Source: Hypanus sabinus (Eukaryota). From it: a DNA stretch of 64,000 bases. This document shows positions 49,146 to 62,414 of this stretch, piece after piece. The DNA lies in the NCBI RefSeq assembly GCF_030144855.1, contig NC_082722.1:20956001-21020000 (forward strand). Reading direction: 5' to 3'. The notes under the pieces were generated by a model that was not told where the DNA came from, made no database searches, and saw only the letters and a program-made list of their open reading frames with translations. Every line of letters begins with the position of its first letter. Positions within the stretch are counted from its first letter, which is position 1. The position numbers were made by a program, and so were the translations under genes.

Positions 49146-50460
49146 TCAAATTGACATGCTGTTTCTGTGGGTTGTATATTCAGCCTGTTTGAATAATTGT
49201 ATAAAAAGTTTGGTAAATAAACTTTGGTAAATGCCACCTCATACCTAGAAGATTGAAAGGTGGAGCTTTTTACCTGGGTATCAGTGCCTTCCTGTTTTGC
49301 AGTAACTTCGGTCATTGTTGGAATAACCCAAATACGAAGTACTGCTCCAACTTTCGAGGCATTATCTGGGTATAAAAATTTTCGTGACGCTATTATGGAA
49401 TTGAGAAGATTTAGATTTTCCCGGTTTTGTCCCCCTTATTAATTTAAAAACTTTAATTTCAGTGAAATCATCAACCATCTTCTAACACAAACCCTAGATG
49501 TAAAGCAAAGATAATGGTGACTGTGCAAAAGGGCAAAATGGGTGATCGGGTGAAACTTGTTTGCATTTCCAGACATGTAGTTTTGTACATGTACGCTTTG
49601 TAGTTAGTGAAATGTTGTAAAATATCATAGGATTTACATTGTCGTACCGCGTTAAAATGTTTGTTTTCACAATGTCAAGTATTTTTTTTAATTACTTATT
49701 TCTAGCAATATACGAATATCTACAAAAATTCCCACATTAAGATCCACGCTCGACATTTTTGCACAGTCACTTCGAACTGAGGAGCCATTTGTATTCCCGC
49801 CAAACTTTGAAAGGTTATTCCGGTGGGAAGTTAAAATGTTCATTGTAAATATTTGACAACTAAATATGTACTGCAGCCAAAATGGCTTTTTTTCTGTTTA
49901 GCAAAGTACTAAGATTCTATAGAGTTAACATGTTATTTGCTTCGCTTAATGCAGTACTTCTGCTCCTAATTCAACAATTTTATAAACTAAAGAAACCGTT
50001 TCATCTCACCAAATTGGTTTCATTCTCACCTCCAATCAGTCATTTATGCTCGCACATCTAAGGGGGTGGGGGCGATCCGATGATAATTTTATCATGATGC
50101 AAACTCGATTTTATTACCCAAAGTAAGATCGCCTGAAGTAACAATCTGAACGTGTGTAGCAGTACCCGTTATTCTAATATTGTGTTTAGTGTATTACATT
50201 CACCTTCATCTTTCGTGTATCTTATCCCCTCTCAGCTAAAGTGTGCGTATTTTTCAAGTCTTAGTTACATTGTGCTTTTAGCTACTTCTGAAGTAGCGGT
50301 TAAAAAATATACTTCAAGCTATTTACTTTTTTTTTTGCTCTGCACTCGATTCTGAAGATAACCATACGGCTCAGTACGATGGTTCTACCTCCAGGATAGT
50401 GCCACTGAAGGGATTTCTTCATACATGAATAGGTATTGTGTGTATAGCTATATCAGGTAC
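49146..50460 (-). pseudogene. Gene C remnant: TM-like exon about 50327-50460, phase 1-to-0 exon 49274-49365, terminal exon start 49184
   Basis: caag|GTACC exon with a GGRTIVL..VIFRI core and one stop; an open 92-nt exon DNASKVG..TQ|gtaaaa; aacag|GCTGAA followed by an AATTTGAC match to the gene A last exon, then frameshifted. Confidence 0.5.
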
Positions 50461-50699
50461 CTTGATGACAGACTAAATTCGAATTGACTTACTTTCCTCC
50501 TGTTCGCCATAACGAAGCAGTAACACCAACCGAGCATCTAGCCTGAGGAAAATATTGTCTTCTCATTGACGTGACTATATAATAGCGATCATTGAAAATG
50601 TTCTTTTGTTAATTTCAATTCAGGTTCACAATATTATGAAAGCCATGAACTTTTCATACAGTATGTACTCATGCTGTAGGTCACAACGCGCTTCTATGT

Positions 50700-51250
50700 T
50701 TGCTGTTTATATAATTTGGAGTATTGTGTACATTTCTGATCACCGAATTATAGGAAAGATATTAACAAAATAGACAGAGTACAGAGAAGATTTACTAGAA
50801 TGTTACCTGGACTTCAGCACCTAAGTTACGAGGGAAGGTTGAACAAGTCAGGTCTTTATTCTTTGGAGCGTAGAAGACTGAGGGGGACTTGATAGATGTA
50901 TTTAAAATAATGAGGGCGATATATCGAGCTGACGTGGATCGGCTTTTTCTATTGAAATTAGAGGAGATTCAAACAAGAGGACATGATTTTAGATTTGGGG
51001 GCAAAAGTTTAAGGGTAACTCGACGGGGAATTTCTTCACCCAGAGAGTGGTAGCTGTGTGGCATGAGCTTCCAGTAGAAGTGGGAGAGGCAGGTTCGGTA
51101 TTGTCATTTAAAGTAAAATTGGATAGGTATATGGACAGGAAAGGAATGGAGGGTTCTGCGCTCAGTGCGGGCCAGTGGGCCTAGGTGAGAGTAAGCGTCG
51201 GAACGGACGAGAAAGGCCGAGACGGCGTGTTTCCGTGCTGTAATTGTTAT
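50700..51250 (+). mobile_element. CR1 3' fragment
   Basis: gagtacagagaagatttactagaatgttacctgg and the typical CR1 3' UTR. Confidence 0.85.
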
Positions 51251-51439
51251 TTGGTTATATGGTTAACTTCAGTTATGTCAGCAGTCATCGTTCTAGTTTG
51301 TTTTTCGCTTAAGGTGGAAACTCTAGAGAATTCAAGACGGTGTCAATTTGGGTTATGCTTCCCCCTGGAACGTTGGAATACAGAGTTTTGTAAAACACTT
51401 CAAAAGCTTCTTGAATTTCACTTAGCTTATTTTTTATCA

Positions 51440-52890
51440 TTTTCGTTCCTGTGTCCCTAATTCTATGTATTGTATTTTCTGCTATCTTTTTTTTTCAGTT
51501 TCCACGCAAGTATTTTCATAGATTTTGATCCACTTTCATAATGTCTCTGTTTCAGAAACGTTAATTTTTTCCTGGTTTCTTGCGTAGCCAACCTATTAAT
51601 TCCTAATTCTTTTAATTCCCCCTAATGTATCCGATGCCAAATTCAATTTGTGTTTTTTTCTCTAGTTCTTTCAGCCTATTTTGTAATACCACTAATGTTT
51701 TATTCCTTATTTTCCTTATATGAAGATATCGTTATAATTTTCCCCCTTAAAACTGCCTTCAGAGTATCGCATGGAGGTAAAACATCTCCATTATCATTAA
51801 ATTCTAAGTACAGACCAATTTAAAAAAAAAGTTCCTTCAAGTATGGATCATTGAATAAACTTGAATTTCGATTCCAAATAGTATTCTTTGGTTGTAGGTC
51901 AAAATCAACACACAAATATATAGGTGCATGGTCACTTATATCTATTGTCTCAGATCCACAGATGTTTATTTTGTCTTTGTCCTTTCCAAAAGTTATGAAA
52001 TAGTCAATGCTTGTATAGACAGAATGGGGAGCAGAATCTCTTCTGTCGGGGAAAAGGTCCGTTCATATATCAATTAAACCACCATCCTCAAAAAGTGTAA
52101 TAACATTCTTATGTAAAGACTTTGGTTCGTAGGTTTTTATACTGGAAGAGTCTAGTTTGGTTATAATTGTAAATTTAAGGCTCCCCCACATGTCAGGAGA
52201 CCCTCTGTTTCTGTTACCATAATATCAGTAATTTTCTGAAAGAAACCAATATCACTTCACGGGGGTGAATATATATTCAATAGAGTAACTGAATTTCCGT
52301 CTATATTCCTCCTTACCAGAAAATATCTGCCCTCTTTATCTCCCATTTCAAATTTTTGTTTTCAAAATTTAGCTTAATTGAGATAGGAATAACAACTCCC
52401 CTGCTATGTCTTGATTTATATGAGGAGAAAAACAAATTAGTGAAGTCCATTCTCTTTAGTATTTTGTGCTCATTATCACCTAAATGCGTTTCCTGTAAAT
52501 ATACTACATGGACTTGTACTTTTTTTTGCATTTTGGATAAAATTCTATTACGTTTGATTGGTTTTAATAGACCATTCACGTTGAAATAAATTAATTTTAC
52601 TTTGTACTTAGCCATCTGTATTAATCTGTCAATGTATCATTGAAATCAGCAAAATAAAACTTAATCGATCTACTCCCTGAGCAAATAAGAACTATGAAAC
52701 GCAAATAATAACAAAGACGGCAATGGAGGTGTGACTCCAAGGCTGAGATCTCTGGTAGATGACCCTGGAATGAGCTAGAGGAAATGTCTAGCTATTTGGG
52801 ATAACCCCTCCTACTTGTGAGTTGAGGGCCCCCATTGCAGTATTCATAAAAGTCAGTGAACAAATCCATTACACAGATAAGATTTCCCTG
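51440..52890 (-). mobile_element. L1/Tx1-type LINE, ORF2 endonuclease region
   Basis: FNVNGLLKPIKR..VYLQETHL..GVVI (52313-52615). Confidence 0.85.
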
Positions 52891-53058
52891 NNNNNNNNNN
52901 NNNNNNNNNNNNNNNNNNNNNNNNNNNNNNNNNNNNNNNNNNNNNNNNNNNNNNNNNNNNNNNNNNNNNNNNNNNNNNNNNNNNNNNNNNNNNNNNNNNN
53001 NNNNNNNNNNNNNNNNNNNNNNNNNNNNNNNNNNNNNNNNNNNNNNNNNNNNNNNNNN
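52891..53058. other. Assembly gap (168 N)
   Basis: Run of N. Confidence 1.
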
Positions 53059-53394
53059 AAAGGAGTAAGTGAGTGAATAAAGAAGAATGACTGAGTGATC
53101 AGAAATGCACATAATAAGTATTTCTCGGGATATGTATATCACCATCTACTTTTGCTTCCGATCAGTTTCTCACCATTCTCTCCAAAAGTGTTTTTCAACT
53201 ATTTGTCAGAAATGTTCTGTTCTACTTGCTTCTCTTCTGTACAGTTGTGAACTCTGGTAACTTCAGGAATACTGTGAGGATCCATGGTGATATTTCCTGT
53301 TGTCAATTTAAATTCTCCCTCATATCTCCAAAGAAGCAATCCTTCTGAATAAAAAATACGGCCATTTGATACAGCATGTATTAACCTCCGGCAC

Positions 53395-56200
53395 ATCCCC
53401 GTTTCTAATGACATCTTAAAGATCTCCGTCAGAACTCCTGCTATTTCTACACAAACTTCCCTCAAGGTCCTGGAGAGTATCCTGTCAGGACCCGGAGATT
53501 TATCCACTTTTAAATTTCTTAAAAGCGCCAGTACTTCCACCTCTTTAATTGTCATAGGTTCCATAACTTCCTTACTTGTTTCCCACACCTTACACAATTC
53601 AATATCCTTCTCCTTAGTGAATACCGAAGAGAAGAAATCGTTCAAAATCTCTCCCATCTCCCTCGGCTCCACACATAGCTGACCACTCTGATTCTCTAAG
53701 GGGCCAATTTTATCCCTCACTATCCCCTTGCTTTTAATATAACTGTAGAAACCTTATGGATTTACTTTCATCTTATTTGCCAAACCAACCTCGTATCTTC
53801 TTTTAGCTTTTCTAATCTCTTTCTTAAGATTCCTATTACATGCTTTATATTCCTCGAGCAATTCCTTTACACCATGCTGCCTATATCTATTGTAGACATC
53901 CTTCTTTTTCCGAACCAAATTTCTAATATCCCTTGAAAGCCATAGTACTTTCAAACCTTTCTTTCCTTTCAACCTGAACATAAAGATTCTGTACCCTCAT
54001 AATTTCACCATTAAATGACCTCCATTTGTCTATTACATCCTTCCCATAAAACAACTTAACCCAATCCACTCTCTCTAAATCCCTTCGCATCTCCTCAAAG
54101 TTAGCCTTTCTCCAATCAAAATCCTCAACTCTTGGTCCTGTCCTGTCCTTCTCCATAATTATATTGAAGCTAATGCTGTTGTGATCACTGGACCCGAAGT
54201 GCTCCCCAACACATACATCTGTCAGCTGACCTATCGCATTCCCTGACAGGAGATCCAACACTGCCCCATCTCTAGTCGGTACTTCTATGTATTGTTCCAA
54301 AAAACTATCCTGCACACATTTCACAAACTCTAAACCATCCAGCCCTTTTACAGAATGAGCTTCCCAGTCTACGTGTGGAAAATTAAAATCTCCCACAATC
54401 ACCACCTTGTGTTGACAACAAATATCTGCTATCTCCTTACACATTTGCTCTTCCAACTCACGCTCCCCATTAGGTGGTCTATAATACCCTCGTATCAGTG
54501 TTACTACACCTTTCCCATTCCTCAATTCCATCCAAATAGACTCCCTAGAGGAGCTCTCTAATCTATCCTTCCAAAGCACCGCCATAAGATTTTCTCGGAC
54601 AAGCAATGCAACACCTCCTCCTCTGACCCCTCCTACTCTATCACACCTGAAGCAACTAAATCCAGGAATATTTAGTTGCCAATCACACCATTCCTGCAAC
54701 CATGTTTCACTAATAGCTACAACATCATAATTCCAGGTATGAATCCACGCTTTAAGCTCATCCACCTTTCTTACAATGCTCCTAGTATTAAAATAGATAC
54801 ATTTAAGATACTCTCCACCTCCTCCTCTCTTTTCATCCCTAACAATGCATTCAACTTTATTATCTTTTTCTTACTTCTCCCCTACATCTCTGGGCTGAGC
54901 TCATCCCTTCTCCATCACCTGCCTTTCCTCCATCACACACTGCCTATTTACTTGCTCTACTGGTGAACTAACCTCCTCTCCCATAGTTTCCTCAAATTGA
55001 TTCCCGCCCTCCCCCATCTTGCTAGTTTAAAGTCTGCCCTGTAGCCCCAGCAAACCTCCCCGCTAGAATATTGGTCCCCCCCCCCCAGTATTCAGGTGTA
55101 ACCCGTCTTTCTTGAACAGGTCATGCGTGCCCCAGAAGAGGTCCCAATGATCCAGAAACTTGAATCCCTGCCCCCTGCTCCAATCCCACAGCCACGCATT
55201 CATGCTCCACCTAATTCTATTCCTACTCTCACTGTCGCGTGGCACAAGCAGTAATCCCGAGATTACTACATTTGCGGTCCTTCTTCTTAACTGGATTCCT
55301 AACTCCCTATACTCTCGTTTCAGGACCTCTTCCCCTTTCCTACCTATGTCATTGGTACCTACCTGTACCACGACCTCTGGCTCCTCACCCTCCCACTTCA
55401 GGATATCTTTGACGCGATTAGAAACGTCCCGAACCCTGGCACCAGGGAGGCAAATTACCATCCGGGACTCCCGATCACCTCCACAGAACCACCTGTCTGA
55501 ACCCCTGACTATCGAGTCCCCTACCACTATGGTCCTCTTTCTTCTATCCCTACCTTTCTGAGCTACAGGGCCGTCCTCTGTGCCGGAGGCCCGACCACTG
55601 TCACTTCCACCAGGTAGGCTGTCCCCCCCAACAGTACTCAAACATGAGCACTTATTGTCAAGGGGTACAGCCACTGGGGTATTCTCTAGTACCTGCCTCT
55701 TCCCCTTCCTGACCGTGACCCACCTATCTGCCTCCAGTGGGCTCGGTGACCACCTGCCTGTAACTCCTCTCTATCACCTCCTCACTCTCCCTGACCAGGC
55801 GAAGGTCATCGAGCTGCAGCTCCAGTTCCCTAACTCGGTCCCTCAGGAGCTGCAATTCGGTGCACCTGGCGCAGATGTGGACGTCCGGGAGGCTCGGAGG
55901 CCCTAGAACAACAAGCTGCCCTCACACTCATACTTCCCGAATAACTGAAAATAACAAGGAGAACTAAAATATAAGCCGACTGTGTCCTCTTCTGCATAAG
56001 CCCTCTGAACCCAAGCCCTACACTCTGCTCCCGGCTCACTCCGCTGCCCGCTTCTAAAGGCTGCGTTCTTTTGAGATCTTCCCTCCTTCCCAGGCCTTCT
56101 TCACGCGCCTGCGCAGTCCCGCCTCTCAGATCTCGGATCTGAGAAGCAATTGAAAATGGCCGCCGCCGCACTTCCTCTCAAAGCCTCGCTGTCCTCTTCC
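53395..56200 (-). mobile_element. CR1 LINE with 5' UTR, ORF1 (SGNH esterase-like) and ORF2 endonuclease; 3'-truncated
   Basis: IVVGDSIVRG..VGTNDIG (55063-55674), AISETWLQ..IVGDFNFP (53923-54765), KSPGPD (53199-53720). Confidence 0.93.
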
Positions 56201-57799
56201 AAAAGAGGACATAAGAAATTTTATTTCTTATTATTTAAATCATTCATATTTTCATACTTGAAACTTTATAAATGATTTAAACCCGTTAAGAAGAAATGTT
56301 TTTACAATCTAGTTAAGACCAGAATTAGTCTGTCAAATTAGTTCTCCGTTACCTGTGCACCCCCAAAACCCTAAATACCACCTATAATGGTAAACTCTTA
56401 AAATATACATGGCCTCGTCCTATAGACTTTCCCAGATATTTTCATGATCTCGAATACCGAGAATTTCTACAGATAATATTGTTCTGATATCTCCCCAAGA
56501 TTTCTAACGGGTTCTGCCAAGTTACAACTCACCACACAATCAACACAAACAGAAGAGCATGGAAGAAAAGTAAATGTAGAAGGTTTTGGAAATACTTGAT
56601 TAGTTTGACACCTTCTGTGAAGAGAAATGTAGGCTAGAGAGCTTTCACTACGCAATAAACCCGAAAAAAAACTTAATCTGGCATTTTTCATAATTGCTTC
56701 CTGAGCTGGTGAGGAGTCCTCATTTGCAACATGGAAGGCATTTGCTTAGATGCACACACAACTCAAGCACAACAAATACTACCCAGCTTATTTACTACCT
56801 TGTTTCTTTGCATTTGTCATTTATAAATATAATGAAACTTCATGATCCTATAACTATCTCCAAATGCCAGCCAATTCGCCCATTAGTACAATATGTGTAT
56901 TTTTTCCTGCATCGCTCCCCTTGAGCCCTCATGCTCGAACTATTTCAAAATTTAACTCAAAAAAACTTCAATTCTTATTTTGTTAATCGACTCTGCTGTG
57001 GAACATTTCTGATATGCATTGATAATGCAGTTTTAAGTACATGTATCGTGATAAAATGCCAGTGCCCACAATATCAATTTAGCCTTTGTTTTAACTGAGG
57101 TTGCGAAAATTTCTTCCGTATTTAAATTGAAATATGTCAATACTTTTATCTACGATCCAGGTCTGTATTCTTGTTACTGCACACATGACAACACGGTAAC
57201 ACACACTTAATTCGCCATTCAGCATTCTGAGAATTTAAACGTACAGAAAATACTATGCATATATACACAATATTTTTCTAGATTTTTTTTTAGGAATTGC
57301 GCTGACATTCATGCAAGGCAATTTGTCCTCAGTATCTCATCTTAACCTTAAGTGATAACGCCTACATTCTGAGGGGCGACTGCTTTAGCTGAAAATAATC
57401 AACAATTTTTCCAACTGGACATTTCCACGATAAATTGGTTCGGCGGATTAAAGGAGAATTTCTTTCCTGGCATTGAATATTTAAGATCTGAAGAACGGTC
57501 TTGGTCTGAAATCTCGACTGTTTTATTCAATTCCACAGATGCTGCTTAATGTGCTGAGTTGCTACAGCATTTGATGTACTGTAGCTCTGGATTTTCCACA
57601 TCAGCAGAAAATACTGTGTTTATAAATTTTATTCTGCCTAGGATTGCAACATGCAATTATTGGATGTTCTGAGAAAAATATTCGAATATTTAATATAGGT
57701 GTATAACTGATATAAAAGTGATTGATATACGTTTGTTGTTTCTGAATGACATATCGTGAGTACAGAAACACATACTTTTCAGAAATACGTTTATACTTA

Positions 57800-57990
57800 A
57801 TTTACTTAAATTAACATTTTTACTTTCAGTTAAGCGTTAAACGCGATAACGTGCTAACCTGCAACTTACTCGGCTGAGGCGCCGAACCTTCTGACCGCAT
57901 GGAGTTTCCATGATGTCACCAACTAATCGTGAGTGCAGTTACTTTGCTGTGAGTGCTGTCTCGTTTAGCAAATACTGGATGCATCTTGCC
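57800..57990. promoter_or_regulatory. Paralog of the 33160-33345 block with TGATGTCA (57911-57918)
   Basis: Same colinear motifs; also a minus-strand donor CCGA|gtaagt at 57869. Confidence 0.4.
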
Positions 57991-59089
57991 ATTGCAAAGG
58001 TAGAAAAGTTCGCACTTGAGAATTAAAATCGCTTTTCACGTGCAGAATATGTGCTTCTTTCGACAAATGATTCAATTTCCATCAAGTCGAAATTAAGGTA
58101 AACACAACTACATACACCATGTGTACCTATTGCACAATAGGTTCTATACATGCTGCATGAACATTTATTTAGATATAGTTTTAAAATCGTTACCACATCT
58201 TGATGGAGCACAGCAAAAAGAATAATTTTAAACACGTTCTGATTCTGAGCCATTCAGATAATATGGCTCCTGCTTGAGCCATTAAACACACAAAAAAGTT
58301 AGGTTACCAAAAGGAGTACAAAAGAGAAGAGAAACACTAAATTCCAGAGTTAAGGTTCAGCATTATTCGCCGAGTAAAAGAGAGGATTATTGGGGGTTGG
58401 GAGATAGGGTACACCGCAAATCAGCCGAACTATACTTTTAGCTCTGGAGTGGACGTCAGGAAGGGGATATAATCTGGAGGAATAAAAGCACAGAGAGATT
58501 TGAAAGGATGAATTACAATCATAAATTCCGTGTTTTGTTTCACTAAGTGGCAGAGTGGATCGGTGAGCGCGTGGATCTCAGATAAACGGGTCGCGAACAC
58601 AAATCATAACGAGTCACGTGGTGATGTAGACCAGTTCTTAGAATTAGTCATGCACATCGGCACGCATATATAGTCCCCCAGTAATGTCCTCTCGCTCAGG
58701 AGTGCACAAAGAAGCACAAAGACAGAAATTTCTTCTGCATCTACTCGGACTGCAATACTCTGTTTGAAACTGTTCAATCTGTTTGCTTTCCCAGCACAAT
58801 AGCCAGGAAAGTTGACCAATCATCGCACACTCTCAGTGAGAGTGAACCGAAATATTCTGAATTATAAAGACACTTTACTTGACAGGACACAGCACTTCCC
58901 TACATCTACATTTCTGTAACAGTACCCTCTTCATACTAATGCACCCATTGTTGACTGCACAGTTTTTCACTCATCTTGCATTAACTTACGTTCTTACAAA
59001 ACTATGTGATGTGTTAAGTGTCACGTCCGCCAGACCTATCATCCAGGGCTCAGGAGCTACCTTTATCAGGTGCCCCGTGCTTCAAGTTT

Positions 59090-60125
59090 ACAATCGCCAA
59101 GCTAATGCAAGGTACCTTGGAAGGAGTACATTCGGATTGGAGGGTTGTGGCTAGTGGTGTCCCATAGGGATCGGTTCTGGGACCTCTACTTTTCGAGATT
59201 TTTGCTAACGCCCTGGATGTGGGGGTGGAAGTGTGGGTTGGCAAGTTTGCAGACGACACAAAGTTTGTTGGGGTTGTGGATGGTGTAGAGGATTATCTAA
59301 GATTGCAGAGAGACATTGATAGGATGCAGAAGTGAGGTGAAAAGTGGCAGGTGGAGTTCAACCCAGAAAAGTGAGAGGTTGTACATTTTGGAAGGGCAAA
59401 CTACAAGGCAGAGTACAAAGTAAATGGCAGGATACTTGAAAGTATGGAGGAGCGGAGGGAACTGGGGGTACATGTCCATAGATCCCTGAAAGTTGCCTCA
59501 CAGGTAGATAGGGTAGTTAAGAACACTTATGGAGTGTTAGCTATCATAAATCGAGGGAAAGAGTTTAAGAGTCGCGGGGTAATGATGCAGTTCTATAAAA
59601 CTCCGTTTAGGCCACACTTGGAGTACTGTGTCCAGTTCTGGTCGCATCACTATAGGAAGGATGTGGAAGCATTGGAAAGTGTACAGAGGAGATTTACATG
59701 GATGGTGCCTGGTTTAAAGAGTATGCATTATGATCAGAGATTAAGAGAGTTAAGGTTTTAGTCTCTGGAGAGAAGGGGGATCAGAGGAGACATTATAGAG
59801 TTATACAAGATATTCAGAAGTATAGATAAAGTGAACAGCCAGCGCCTCTTCCCCAGGGCACAACTACTCAATACAAGAGGACATGGCTTTAATGTAAGGG
59901 GTGGAAAATTCAAGGGGGATAGTAGAGGAAGGTTTTTACCCAGAGTGTGGTTGGTGCGTGGAATGCACTGCCTGAGTCTGTGGTGAAATTTAAGAGACAA
60001 CTAGACAGGTATATGGAGGAATTTAAGGTGGAAGGTTATATGACAGGCAGGATTTAAGGGTCGGCACAGCATTATGGGCCGAAAGGGCCTTTACTGTGCT
60101 GTATTGTTCAATGCTCTATGTTCTG
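59090..60125 (+). mobile_element. 5'-truncated CR1-type LINE
   Basis: RPHLEYCVQFWS and VQRRFTWMVPG; close relative of 34040-35228. Confidence 0.92.
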
Positions 60126-60704
60126 TGCTATTATTTCGTGCTGGTAAAGCTTGAAGTACGAGAAGAGCCGAGCAAGGTAATTTCTCAACTGCTTGCAAAA
60201 TTCAGACTGGTGTTTAGCCTTGTGGCTTTCAATAAATACTACTGTGAAGACCTAATTATTTAATGCTTTTGTGTAATGTCTTTATGATGATATCAGGACT
60301 GGGACAGGTACACCCTGTTCTTGTTCCGTAGTATTTCAATATTCTCTTTTAATTTCTTTTGATTTTCAATCATTGATTTCTGTATATTGTGTGTGCTTGG
60401 TCTCGCTATATCTATTAAGTAAGTAGTGTGTGCTTGTTTACCGTGTAAAAGTTATATGCAAACGGTCATCATTAATTGTCTCATTTGTAATAATGGTTTA
60501 GGTGTTATATAGCTCGTTAGACTCTGACTCCCAAACTGAACCAGACACGTATTTATCATGAGGTATGGTTCCATTTCTGAGTTAGAAACTTAAATCAAGA
60601 TTTTGGTAAACAAACCGAAGGAAATCTGCAGATGCTGGAAATTCAAGCAATACACACAAATGCTGGTGGAACACAGCAGGCCAGGCAGCATCTATAGGAG
60701 AAGC

Positions 60705-60744
60705 ACCGTCGACGTTTCGGGCCGAGACTCTTCGTCAGGACAGT
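60705..60744 (-). ncRNA. Minimal hammerhead ribozyme motif
   Basis: ACTGTC-CTGACGA-A-GAG(TCTCGG)CCC-GAAA-C-GTC^GACGGT; 6-bp stem I, palindromic ACGT stem III, one stem II mismatch. Confidence 0.6.
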
Positions 60745-62414
60745 AGGTTTGTGTAAGTTGTCAGATTGACTTCAACTGCTGCACGTTCCTGTTATTTTGT
60801 TATTGCTTCTGTTTTTTCTTGGCATTTTCTTCATGAATCGTCTTACCTTTGTTCGTTTTCTTATTCTGTATTTTTGACATATTTTTTTCTGTTGACCATC
60901 TGGTCCACTATACCACAAAGAACTACATTGTTCTGAGAAGAGGTCTCCATTTCTGAACTAGGCGTTTAACGCTTCCTTGTTGCCATCAAATCTGCCTAGA
61001 TCCTGAGGATGTCTTCAAGGACGGTCATATTCTTTCACTGGTTATTTTCCTTCATCTGGAATGATAATTTCTTCATTTTTCTGCTCTGTGCTTTAATATC
61101 AGTTTACTGGTGTGTTGTTCTTATCAGAATTGCACGTGCTCACCTGAAATGCTGAATCCTGTTTTAATTGATGAAAGTATATCCTTAGAAGTTTCATCTG
61201 AACGTTGTACAAAATTTATTTATGCATGTCATTCCTTTCCCCCATTCTGTCCTAGGTAGTGTTAACCTAAGCGAGTTCGAATGCACATTGTGTTTTCAAA
61301 AAATTATAATTTTAATTCTTACTTTTCCTTGTAAATTTTCCATATGGGTTTCGACCCAATATATTATGCCAGTAGAATATGTTAATGGGTATTGTTATTA
61401 ATATTATTAGTATTATATAAGTACCATTATTGCCAACGTATGCGAATAGCCAGATATCTGGCGCCGAGTGATCAGAGATGGTTCCTATCAACATTTAACT
61501 TTACCATTGCCGAGTTCCGCAGCTTTTCGACTGACTGTTCAATTTTATTCCCCGTTAGAATCCGATCTTTGTGGAAAAATCATTGCAATCGTTGTTTGAA
61601 CCTCGCAAAAAAGCTCACACGAGCTAACTGTTGTTGGTACTGGTTTCTCTAACCTGGCATCAGGTAATTTTGCACACCCATCTACTTTAAGTTAAGCACT
61701 CCCTTTCAAATAGTCCATTTGCACGATGATAGTTTGTCTTGATATTTTCACGTTCTAAATGCACCTTTTAACCAAACTCCCGTTCTTGAAGTGTTCCTCC
61801 TGATTTGATTTGATGAACAGTGCTTTTAGTAGCCGTAATATTAAGCTAAAATTCACAGCGGTAAGAATAGTACTCAACAAAACGTGAATTAAAATCTTAC
61901 AAAGAATATTTAAAATTATAGGCAACTGTGCAATGGTTATTAACAATGACAGGGTAGTCCACATTAACAAGGACCAGTACTTCTGCATCAACAATTAGAC
62001 AGAGACGTAAAATACCTGAAGTTTAATTTAAGGTCCAGAATCCTGAAAATATATTTTCAGACGAGAGCAACAGTTTATAGAAGACTCAGCCAGTTAGATA
62101 ACATGAAAACAAAAACAATGTGCAGTGGAATAACATCAGACAGATTGTTCCGAGATTGTTAATTTACCTGTTCATACTTTCCTTTGTATAGCTTGTTATG
62201 ATGTGTGGATTACACAGCAATTCTCTTTTCATTGTTTTATTTTTACCCCTACCCCAATATGGAGGATTGATCTGTTAATATTACCTAATTCGTTGGTGTA
62301 AATATGGAACGGGCTATTTTCTCAGTAAATACCTTTTGACCATTATAAAGGTAGAAGAAGGATATACTGAGCAGGCAGAATTGTTTAACTTTGTTCTGTA
62401 TTTAATTTATTTGC

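Noticed and set aside
50152-50355. Similar ORFs MCSSTRYS.. at 50152 (+) and 63581 (-)
   Set aside because: Antisense by-products of the inverted duplication; the splice signals point to the other strand.
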